64,000 bases of DNA from Mobula hypostoma (taxonomy: Eukaryota), in assembly GCF_963921235.1 (NCBI RefSeq), contig NC_086097.1:127164001-127228000 (forward strand). Direction: 5' to 3'. Below the pieces are notes generated by a model. That model was not told the origin of the DNA, ran no database searches, and saw only the letters and a list, made by a program, of their open reading frames with translations. Shown piece by piece: positions 11,610-22,364 of this stretch; the first letter of the stretch is position 1; each line of letters opens with the position of its first letter. A program made the translations under genes and the position numbers.

Positions 11610-12401
11610 CATAGAAACATAGAAACATAGAAAATAGGTGCAGGAGTAGGCCATTCGGCCCTTCGAGCCTGCACCGCCATTTATTATGATCATGGCTGAT
11701 CATCCAACTCAGAACCCAGCCTTCCCTCCATACCCCCTGACCCCTGTAGCCACAAGGGCCATATCTAACTTCCTTTTAAACATAGCTAATGAACTGGCCT
11801 CAACAGTTTGCTGTGGCAGAGAATTCCACAGATTCACCACTCTCTGTGTGAAGAAGTTTTTCCTAATCTCGGTCCTAAAAGGCTTCCCCTCTATCCTCAA
11901 ACTGTGACCCCTCGTTCTGGACCTCCCCAACATCGGGAACAATCTTCCCGCATCTAGCCTGTCCAATCCCTTTAGGATCTTATACGTTTCAATCAGATCC
12001 CCCCTCAATCTTCTAAATTCCAACGAGTACAAGCCCAGTTCATCCAGTCTTTCTTCATATGAAAGACCTGCCATCCCAGGAATCAATCTGGTGAACCTTC
12101 TTTGTACTCCCTCTATGGCAAAGATGTCTTTCCTCAGATTAGGGGACCAAAACTGCACACAATACTCCAGGTGTGGTCTCACCAAGGCCTTGTACAACTG
12201 CAGTAGTACCTCCCTGCTCCTGTACTCGAATCCTCTCGCTATAAATGCCAGCATACCGTTCGCCTTTTTCACCGCCTGCTGTACCTGCATGCCCACTTTC
12301 AATGACTGGTGTATAATGACACCCAGGTCTCGTTGCACCTCCCCTTTTCCTAATCGGCCACCATTCAGATAATAATCTGTTTTCCTATTTTTGCCACCAT
12401 C
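11610..12401 (-). mobile_element. Young 5'-truncated CR1 LINE
   Basis: Open RT C-terminal frame, (TTTCTATG)n tail and 10-bp TSD ATATAAGCAT (11600-11609 and 12402-12411). Almost identical to 45047-45836. Confidence 0.93.
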
Positions 12402-12411
12402 ATATAAGCAT

Positions 12412-12850
12412 AATTTGGGAGAAAAATATAAATTAAACATAAATTATACATAATTTTTACGAGGGAGAACACAATTTAAAGTAAAGACGAAGTCCATTTT
12501 AGTACAAAGAGTAGCTAGTGTAGTGAGTAGTGTTGTGCTGATTGGCTTAAGAACAGAATAGTTGAAAGGAGGTGGCTGTTCGTAACCCTGGGGGTGTGGG
12601 ATTTGAGACTACTGTACTTCCTGCTCAATGGTAGCTGGAAAAGGATGGCACGGCCTGGATGGAGGGGGTCTTTAATGACGGATGTTGCCTTCCTGAGGTG
12701 ACACCCCTTGTGCTACTACCGATGGTGGGGAGGGATGTGCCCATGATGTATTTAACAAAGTCCACTGTTCTCTGCAGCTACTTCTGTTCCTGCACATTCG
12801 AATTGCTTTATCAGATCATGTCAGGGCATTTTCAGCAGTAGTTCTGTAAA
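12412..12850 (-). mobile_element. Old Rex1-like 3' fragment
   Basis: Resembles 29520-29880 and 62208-62510 (GGATGTTGCCTTCCTGAGG..., CTCTGCAGCT...CCTGCACA). Confidence 0.55.
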
Positions 12851-12934
12851 GTGCTCAGCACGGATACGTAACAGTAGCTTACCAAGTCGGTCGATGTAAT
12901 TGTGAATGGGCTGTGGAGCCACATAATTTTTGAA

Positions 12935-13250
12935 GCGAAGGAGAATGAGGGGTGACGAGACAGAGTGTACAAGATGCATAGATTGAGCGGCTAGCCACAG
13001 GCTTGTTCCCAGGGTGGAAATGGCTACTACCAAGCGGCATAACTTTAAGACGATTGGTGAAAAGTATGAATGATAGAGGCAGGTTTCTTACACAGAGAGT
13101 GGTGGGTGTGTGTAATGCCCCGCCAGGCATGGTGGTAGAGGCAGATACCCTAGGGACATTTAAGAAACATAGATACATGGATAATAGAAAAATAGACAAC
13201 TTTGTGGGCTAAAGGGTTTGTACTGTGCTGTAGTGTTCTATGTCCTATTT
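12935..13250 (+). mobile_element. CR1 3' end
   Basis: FLTQRVVGVCNAPPGMVVEADT peptide and a TGTACTGTGCTGTAGTGTTCTATG tail. Confidence 0.8.
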
Positions 13251-14489
13251 AATCCAGTACCCACAGATGCTGAGCAGTAGATGAGAAAACCTCAAACTAA
13301 AGCTGGTAGCTGCACATCATTTCATGGTGTGAGCAATCCATGATGTGTTTACTAAGCAGACGTATTGGAGGAATTCTTTGATAAGGTAGTCATCTTCGTA
13401 TAGGGGGCGATCAACATTATTATCATATGGAATTATGTAATGCCACTCCCAAAGACAAAGGAAGTGACCTTAAGATGAACAAATGTTGTAATCCTGGACA
13501 TTTTGTGGGCAGGGATCTGTTGGGTTTTTTTGTGCTTACAGAGCCTCTCCCACACAATCATAATTTGGACTTGTAATGTGTGTACATGTGAAGCAGCATA
13601 GGCATGGCTCTGCGCCAGTTCCCAGACTTTGCTCACTCTCCAAACAATGTACAGTTTGTTGACAAACTCGGTGTCAGGTTTTATTTTTCAACATATTTGG
13701 TTTGATTTAATGGCGCCAATATCCTCTCACACCCTATGCAGGACAACGTAGCTTCCGTGATTTATTGACGTGGGCTCTCAGCGCCAGAGCCAGGCACGTG
13801 AGCAAGACGGTCAACAAGATGGTACATGCAGGTGAATTGAAGCTGGCATCCTTGGGCCCAAAGAGTGAAAGGAGCATAAATATCCTTAAGTGTGGCACAA
13901 CCAGTCCAAACATTGACCAAGTCCAGCATTCACCCTGCATTTTCCTGCAGGACCTTCTGAATGTTTGTGGATGGATTAGAGGTTGACAAGGCTGGTTTAG
14001 AATTCCTGTGGTTAAAAACACCAAAATATTCAAATCCAACCTCGAAGTAAACACATATTTTAAATGGAAATGATGAGGCATCCTGACCGGCAAGTCAAAT
14101 ATTCCACTACTTAAATAACTCTAGTTCAGAGGAGGCGCATCTTAAAATGTGTTGCCCATGCAAATCTGCCATATTTTTTCATAGCGTAGTAAGTCATTTC
14201 TCAGATGACCCAATGTGCCAAGGTTGGCTCCTGTGCCAAGGCAGAAAGTCTGGCTTAACCCAACAAACCGAAGTGAAAGTGGAAAGATCTGAGTCATTGG
14301 GAATGGGTTTTGTTGTATTTGTTGGGGCTGTCCTCTCTACCGTCAAGACTGGGGAAAGAAGTACCGCTAATACCGGATTATTTTAATGCCGCTAATTATA
14401 AAATTATGTGAGGCAAGGATAAACAGGATCAAAATGTCTAATACTGAAGGGCATGCTTTTGAAGTGAGTGGGAGTTCAAAGACCAAAAA

Positions 14490-15715
14490 ACCATAAGACA
14501 AAGGAGCAAGATTAGGCCATTTGACGTGTCGCGAATGCTCCAGCATTGCATTATTTCTGATTTCTCAACCCCTTTCTCCTGCCTTCTCCCTGAACCCTTG
14601 ATGCCCTGAGTGATCAAGAACCTATCAATCTCTGCTTCAAATATACCCAGTGACTTTGCCTCCACAGCTCTCCTTGGCATTGAATTCCACAGACTCATGA
14701 CCCTCAGGCTACAGAAATTCCTCCTCATTTCTGTTCTAAGAAGAGGCTCTGCCCTCTGGTCCTAGAAGTTCGCACTATGGGAAACACCCTCTCCATACAC
14801 ACTCTATCTAAGCCTTTCAATATTCTCGCTAGGTTTCAATGAGATCTTCCCTCATTCTTCTAAACACCAGTGAGAACAGACACTCCTCATATGTTAAACC
14901 CTTTCATTCCCGGAATCATTCTCATGAACCTGCTCTCAAGCAGTAAGGGGCCCAAAACTGCTCACAATACTCCAAGTGTACTCTGACCAATTCCTTACAA
15001 AGCCTCAGCATACCTTCCTTCCTTTTATATTCTTGTCCTCTTAAAATGAATGCTAACATGGCGTTTGCCTTTCTTACCACTGACTCAACCTGCAGGTTAA
15101 CCTTTAGGGAAGCTTACATGAGGGCTCCCAAATCCCTTTGCACCTCTCATTTTTGAATTTTCTCTCTGTTTAGAAAATAGTCTACGCCTTTATTCCTTCT
15201 ACCAAGGTACATGCTCATACACTTCCCTACTCTATATTCCATCTGCCAACTTCTTTACCTATTCCTCCCACCGGTCTTTGTCCTTCTGTAAACTACCTGC
15301 TTCCTTAGCACTACCTACTCCTCCACCTATCTTTGTATCTCCTGTAAACTGGGCCATGAAGCCATCAATTTCATCATCCAAATTACTGGCATATAACATG
15401 AAAAGAAGTGGTCCCAACACTGACCCCTGCAGAACACCACTAGTTAACCAGTAAAAGGCTTCTTTCACTCCCACTCTTTGCCTCCTGCTAATCAGCTAAT
15501 GCTCCATCTATGCTAGTATCATACCCGTAATACCCTCTTAATTGTCACACCCCTTCTGAAAATCCAAGTAACCAACATCCACTGACTCTCCTCTCTCTAC
15601 TCTGCTTGTCGTTTCCTCAAAGAATTCCAACGGTGTTGTCAAGAAGATTTCCCATGCTGACTCTGGCCGCCTATTTTATCATGTGCCTCCAAGTACCATG
15701 AAACCTCATCCTTAG
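14490..15715 (-). mobile_element. Decayed CR1 RT and 3' end
   Basis: ORF pieces SGVLQGSVLGPLLF and MRRNF.S.RV..LWNS. Confidence 0.85.
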
Positions 15716-15918
15716 AAAGCTGTGGGTCTCTGCAATGTACTGCCTGGGCTGGTAGTGGAGACAGATATGGTAGAGGTAGAGATGATAGAGGCTCTGAGAC
15801 AGGCACATGAAAAGCAGAGCTACGGGCCATCGGCAGGCAGAAGGAGTTAGTGCAATTAGGCATCATTGGCATAATTAGTTTAGCACAACAATGTGGGCTG
15901 AAAGCCCTTTTCCTGAAC

Positions 15919-16289
15919 AACAGGAATTCTGCAGATGCTGGAAATTCAAGCAACACACATCAAAGTTGCTGGTGAATGCAGCAGGCCAGGCAGCATCTGT
16001 AGGAAGAGGTGCAGTTGTGGTTAAGGGTCACTCTCTTTTTTCTCCCTCTGTCCCTCTGAATATACCTCTTGCCCATCCTCTGGGTCCCCCCCCACTCCTT
16101 GTCTTTCTTCCCAGACCTCCTGTCCCATGATCCTCTCATATCCCCTTTTGCCAATCACCTGTCCAGCTGTTGGCTCTATCCCTCCCCCTCCTGTCTTCTC
16201 CTATCATCTTGGATCTCCCCCTCCCCTTCCAACTTTCAAATCCCTTACTAAATCTTCCTTCAGTTAGTCCTGACGAAGGGTCTCGGCCT
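15919..16289. mobile_element. Inverted-structure Penelope 3'-end insertion within a CR1 tail
   Basis: 13-bp TSD CCTTTTCCTGAAC (15906-15918 and 16287-16299). The first ~100 bp are antisense and the rest is sense relative to the Penelope 3' UTR at 34150-34490. It ends inside the hammerhead (AGTCCTGACGAAGGGTCTCGGCCT). Confidence 0.85.
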
Positions 16290-16657
16290 TTTCCTGAACT
16301 GTTCTACGTTCTACTGTATGTTCTATGAAGTCTCAGGCGAAATTTTGACTGACACCAGCTTTGAACATGGGATGCCACTTACTGACAGCATTGTCAAGAT
16401 TAACGAAAGTGGAGGGCGGAAATCAGACTGCTCCCACTTAGGACTGAAACCTCCTTGTAGCCTGCAAAGGATCCCTCTCTCTCACTTCTTCTTACAACCT
16501 GTGGCCATCGCTTGAACCCCTGCTTCCTACGACTGCCTCTCTCTTTGGTCTTTGTAAGCAAGGAGAAGGAAATAGGATGACAGAGTGGTACAGCTGTCGA
16601 GCTGTCGAGTTCCAGTGACGGGGTTTGACCATGTTTAATTTTTATTTAGAGTCTGAC

Positions 16658-16950
16658 CACAGACATCCCACCTCTCCCGGAACTTCCGGGAGTCTCCCAC
16701 ATATTAATAGTGGCTCCCTGATGCCCTCAAATTATATACAATATCACAGAAATCAATTTTTTTGAGAGCGAGCAAGAGAGAAAGCAAGAGAGAGTGCAAG
16801 AGCAACCACGAGAGAGAGCGCGCGCGGATGAGAGAGCAAGAGCGAGCGAGAGTGACCACGAGAGCAAGCGAGAGCGACCACGAGAGAGAGCGCGCGCGGA
16901 TGAGAGAGCAAGAGCGAGCAAGAGCGACCACGAGAGCAAGCGAGAGCGAC

Positions 16951-16987
<37 letters not shown>

Positions 16988-17354
16988 GAGAGAGAGAGAG
17001 AGAGAGAGCGATTGCAGAGTGTTCCAAAAAAGAATATATAAAACGTACGTCACCCCAGACTACACTAAAGTGTACCCCTGCCTAATAGGGGTCAAAATAA
17101 TGACAGTGTTGCTTGCTGCACTGTTTGCAACAGTGACTTTTCTATTGCCCATGGTGGGTTCAGACTGTAAAAGACATGTTGAGGTGAGTTTAACAGGTGT
17201 CATTCATTCATTAGCATAGCTAACGTTATTTAAACTAGCTGGCTGGCTGGTAAGGAGCTACTCTATTGCAGACATCCCACCTCTCCTGGAAGCCTCCCAC
17301 AAATTGATGGTGCTACCTCCCTGAAATGAGTTTTTGCAGGGTGGGATGTCTGTG
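16658..17354. mobile_element. Non-autonomous TIR element (MITE, possibly hAT-related)
   Basis: Perfect 15-bp terminal inverted repeat CACAGACATCCCACC (16658-16672 / 17340-17354) and an internal copy of the left end near 17269. No clean TSD. Confidence 0.75.
16801..17008 (+). repeat. 72-bp GA-rich tandem repeat (2+ units) running into (GA)n
   Basis: Units start at 16801, 16873 and 16945, followed by a GA microsatellite. Confidence 0.9.
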
Positions 17355-17545
17355 AGCATGTCAATAGGCCTTTACAGACCAACAAGTCCAACATGACCAA
17401 TTAACCTACTAACCTGTACATCTTTGGAATGTGACAGGTACAGGGAGAACGTACAAGCTCCTTACAGACAGCAGTGGATTCGAACCGGGGTCCCTAGTGC
17501 TGTAACAGCGTTACACTAACCTCGAGGCTACCCTGCCGTCCAGAC
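17355..17545 (-). mobile_element. tRNA-derived SINE (continues left of the MITE), nested in another SINE
   Basis: The minus strand has A/B-box-like GGTAGCCTCGAGGTTAG and GGTTCGAATCC, plus a body resembling 48620-48845. Confidence 0.65.
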
Positions 17546-18449
17546 CACAGCACCACCTGCTTGGAGCTTGCATGTTCTCCCTGTGGTCATGTGGGTTTGT
17601 CCCTCGGAGTTCCTGGTTCCTCTCACATCCCAGGCATGTTGGTAGGTTAATTGGCCACAGTATATTGTCTGAACTGTGTGGCAGCATGGGAGAAGCTGAG
17701 GGGAAATGGTGGGAATGTGGAGAGAATAAGACAGGGCTAGTGTATAATAAGTGGGGACTTCTTAGTCAGAAAGGAAAGGCACCTTTCTGCATCTTGTGAC
17801 AATGGTTCCAAGAGTGTAGAAGGAGATTTACCTTCCCTAACTGACCTCCACTATACATGACTCTGGAGCCACCAATTGATTGATTTTGACTTCAGAACAC
17901 AAGATGTATCCAACAAATGTAGGTCTTGCCTTCAATATCCAAATCCCTTGAAAGACTAACAACCTTTTTTCTACTGCTGTCAGAGTTTTGAAGCAATCAG
18001 CACTTTCAGGTCCCCTTCTTAGAGGTGCTGTCACATTCTCTGTTCTGCTATGTCATTTCTTCTTGCATTACCTCAGTTTGTACTACTATACTTCGCACCA
18101 TTCCATGGTTTATTTATTATCCCCATGTAGTAGAGTCATAGAACATTGAATTATAGAAACAAGCCCTTTGGCCCATCAAATCTGTGTCAAACTGTTAATC
18201 TGCTGAGTCCCATCGACTTGCACCTGGACTATAACCCTCCAAACCTTCCTATCTATGTACCTATCCAAACTTCCCTTAAATGTGGAAATTGAACCTGCAT
18301 CCACCACTTCCGCTAGCATTTTGTTCCATCTGCTCAACACCCTCTGAGTGAATAAGTTCCCTCTCAAACATTTTCCTTTACACCCTTAATCAATGACCTC
18401 TAGTTCTAGTATCAGCCAACTTCAGTGGAAAAAGCCTACTTGTATTTCC

Positions 18450-19236
18450 TCTAGAAGAAATAAACAGGCAGACTATTATTTAAATGGGGGGAGAATTCAA
18501 AGTTCGGAGATGCAATGGGACTTGGGAGTCCTTGTGCAGGATACCCTTAAGGTTAACCTCCAGGTTGAGTCGGTGGTGAAGAAGGCGAATGCAATTGTTG
18601 GCATTCATTTCTAGAGGAATAGAGTATAGGAGCAGGGATGTGATGTTGAGGCTCTATAAAGTGCTGGTGAGACCTCACTTGGAGTACTGTGGGCAGTTTT
18701 GGGCTCCTTATTTAAGAAAGGATGTACTGACATTGGAGAGGGTTCAGAGAAGAGTAACTAGAATGATTCCGGGAATGAGAGGGTTAACATATGAGGAACG
18801 TTTGACCGCTCTTGGACTGTACTCCTTGGGGTTTAGAAGAATGAGGGGGGATCCTCATAGAAACATTTCGAATGTTGAAAGGCATGGACAGAGTGGATGT
18901 GGCAAAGTTGTTTCCCATGATGGGGGAGTCTAGTACGAGAGGGCATGACTTAAGGATTGAAGGATGCCCATTCAGTACGGAGATGCGAAGAAATTTTTTT
19001 AGCCAGAGGGTGGTGAATCTGTGGAATTTGTTGCCACAGGCAGCAGTGGAGGTGAAGTCATTGGGTGTACTTAAGGCAGAGATTGATAGGTATCTGAGTA
19101 GACAGGGTATCAAAGCTTATGGTGAGAAGGCGGGGGAGTGGGACTAAGTGGGAGAATGGAGCAGCTCATGATAAAATGGCAGAGCAGACTCGATGGGCTG
19201 AATGGCCAACTTCTGCTCCTTTGTCTTGTGGTCTTA
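18450..19236 (+). mobile_element. 5'-truncated CR1
   Basis: YYLNG..DLGVLV, LYKVLVRPHLEYC and RRNFFSQRVVNLWN, then a CR1 3' UTR. Confidence 0.9.
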
Positions 19237-19252
19237 TCTATACCCCTCATAA

Positions 19253-19952
19253 CTCCCCGGGAGGGGGGGTTGAAGATGGCGGCGCGACGGCAGCGCGCGT
19301 GGCCACTTCAGTGGTGATGTCTGTTATTTGTCAAGTAGGGGACCGTGCACAATCCTGATTTGATGGAGACAGACGTGAGTGCACAGCAGAACAGGAAAAC
19401 TTCTGAAATGACTGCTTTGCTACCGCTGCTACTGTGTGGTAATTGGAATCTCTGGAGCTGAAGGCCCTGAAATCCTCAGCTTTGCGTGTTTCAGCAGCCG
19501 GGGAGAGGTCGAAGGCGCTCAGCAGAGGATGGTGCTCAGGACGCTGTGTCAGAGAGGCTGCTCGGAAGCTCAGCGTTTTCAGATGGATGGACTCAGGGTC
19601 GGCTGGGGTCGGCTGCTTCCAAGGTATCGGCAAGTTGACGGTGCCTGGAGGTTTATGGCAGGGAGTTTCTCCCTTTTGCCGCCTGCTATCAGGGACTCAG
19701 GAGTCGATGAACTCAGGACTTTGAGAATTTTTTTTTACTGTGCCCATGGTCTGTTCTTTATCAAATTATGGTATTGCTTTGCACTGCTGTAACTATATGT
19801 TATAATTATGTGGTTTTGTCAGTGTTAGTCTTTGGTCTGTCTTGTTTTCTGTGATATCACTCTGGAGAAACATTGTATCATTTCTTAATGCAAGTATGTA
19901 TTTCTAAATGACAATAAAAGAGGACTGAGTGTTCTTATAATCTAAAAAAAAA
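19253..19952 (+). mobile_element. Non-autonomous ~700 bp retroelement
   Basis: GC-rich head with AAGATGGCGG (19273-19282), an AT-rich tail with AAATGACAATAAA and a terminal A run. It interrupts the host CR1. Confidence 0.7.
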
Positions 19953-22364
19953 TTGTACCTCTATCAAATCTTCCCTCATTTTCCTACATTCTCAGGAATA
20001 AACTCTTAATCTATCCAACCTTTCCTTATAACTCAAGTCCTCAAGCCCTGGAAAACCTTGTAAATTTTCTCTGCACTCTTTTAATCTTATTGACCTCTTT
20101 CCTGTAGGTAGGAGACCAAAATTGCACACAATACTCCAAATTAGCCTCACCAACATTTATTAAAACTTCAACATAACATCCCATCTCCTGTACTCAGTAT
20201 ACTTTAATTTATGAAAGGCCAGTGTGCCAGAAGCTTTCTTTATGACCCTATCTACCTGTGGCACTACTTTCAAGGAACTATGTATCTGTATTCCCAGATC
20301 ACTCTGTTTGTTCTACTGCACTCCTCAGTTCCCTACCACTAACTGTGTAACTGGTTGTCCTCCAAAAATTTATCATTTCACACTTGTCTGCATTAAATTC
20401 CACCTGGGATTTTTCATTCTATTTTTCTGGCTGGTCCAGATCCCAATGCAAGCTTTGATAGTCTTCCTTGCTCTCCACTACACCTCCAATCTTGATGTCA
20501 TCTGCAAATTTGGTGATCCTATTTACCCATTTTCATCCAGGTCATTGATATCGATGACCATCAGCAATGGACACAGCACTGATCCCAGCCAATGTCTAAT
20601 CCAATTTACTACCTCATCTTGAATACCATGCAACTAAACCTTCTTGACCAACGTCCCGAGTGGAACCTTGTCAAAGACCTTCCTAAAGTCTGTGTAGACA
20701 ACATCCACTGCTTTGCCTTCATCAACTAGACAGTGTATTCTATCTACACCGTGTGCTTCACATGAGCAAAGGATTTCTTTGCACACTGGGAGTACGTAAT
20801 CTGAATATAGTTCCATAGGGACCACAGAGCGTTGCAGTCTTTCAGACTTTAGCAGGGTTCGATCACAAGGCATACAGACCCTGACTCAGTCAGCAGAAAT
20901 GTGCTCTGAATTCCAGAAATAGGTCTGCTGTGTGTGGGTTTTGGTCAACTGAATGGAGTTCATGAGCTGGACCAGGAGAGAGTGCATGTGTCATCTGCCG
21001 TTGCTTTAGAGGGTAGCCGTGATCTGCCGGGACTCACTCCGTCATGTTCCCAGACCAAGGTGTTGTGGAGTAAAGCCATGGTGACAGCTGCCAGGAAAGC
21101 AACCATCAGCATGCAGGATGTGGTGTTCCTGACATAAAACAACTCACTCACCAAGTGTCTGGAATGTTTCCCTGTTGGATGGGACTGGTCAAGAGACAGC
21201 CGATGACTAAATCATTTTCCAGAAGGGAATGATCTCCCTGTGTCCCACCAAGCAGATGGTAAACATGCACAGGGAAAGCCATTTGGTTGGTCTTGTTCAC
21301 TGCGGTCTACAGTTTATTACACATTTAACAGGAAAATAAGTTGGGCTGCATTGAGCTGGGCCGATGCCACTACTTGGACACGCTGCACAAGGAGCCTCTG
21401 CACCCAAATGATTCCAGATGTGGAGGGCCAAAGGAACTGATTTTCCACTACACCCACCTTCCAACATCTACCTGCATGGAAGAGGCCCCAGCGAGGCTGA
21501 CAGTGAGTAGGATCTGCACTAAGTATTGTTCAAGCCCTATGTCCAAAGACGCCTGGCAGTCTTTGACAGCTTATCAGTTGTCAGTTTTCAATTTTTTTAT
21601 ATATAAAGGGACAGGTTGTTTTCTTACTGGTATCCTTTGTGTTCCCATTTGTCAACCTCCCAGCTGTCTTCACTTTGTTCTTCCCTCCTCCCCACACCAG
21701 GCTCCATCTTTTTTTTTTATTCCGTTTCTATCCACCATCCTCCTGCCTTTGTCTCCCAACTCCATCCCTCTTCCTGTCCCTCCTCCCCCACTGGCCGAAT
21801 CTGCCCATCATCTTCACCCCTCTAGAGTCCATCAATCCCATCTCATTACTCCCTGTCCCCTTTACTATCTCCCCTCTCCACTCTCAGTCCTCCTTATTAT
21901 AGAACATTACCACACAGTACAGGCCCTTCGGCCCACAAAATTTTAGCCTACTCTAAAATCAATCTAAACCTTCCCTCCTATAATTGTTTTCTTCAAGCTC
22001 TTCAATGTGCGCTGGAGATGGCAGAGCAGATATCTGCATTTCCTCAGTTTGTTACATACACCTGTTAGGGTGCATTCTCCAGATACCTTATAAGGTAACT
22101 GTAGCCTTCAGCTAGGAGCAGATGTCATCAGGTGTTTCCCAACCTTCACAGAGTGTTTTGACCCTTAACCACAACACTTTATGAGTGCTGACAGAGCCTC
22201 CGCTTATGTTTGATATCTCAAGCTTCAATGAAGTTCTCCATTATGAATTTGGCAATCCTAATTCAACGGAATCCATTTCTAGTGCAAAGAATTTCATCTC
22301 AGGAATCAGAGGCAAGGAAAATTCACTTAACCTCCAGCAAACTATCCAAACAAGACATTTTCCC

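Larger units (their letters stand above)
18135..20725 (-). mobile_element. Decayed CR1 3' half, host of two adjacent inserts
   Basis: ORF pieces NLFTQRVLSRWN and VDVVYTDFRKVFDKVP. The sequence resumes across the inserts. Confidence 0.8.

Noticed and set aside
13430..14093. Unique-looking ORFs (119 aa and others) as possible exons
   Set aside because: No recognisable domain or convincing splice pattern. It may be a very old repeat and needs a search.
16801..16960. Regular repeats as a possible CRISPR array
   Set aside because: No unique spacers and no cas genes; this is a eukaryotic minisatellite.
16704..17219. Several RE/SL-rich ORFs
   Set aside because: Translations of the GA-rich tandem repeat.
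20880..21946. 201-aa ORF and neighbours
   Set aside because: Starts at TTG, runs through a pyrimidine-rich decayed repeat, and has no recognisable protein motif.
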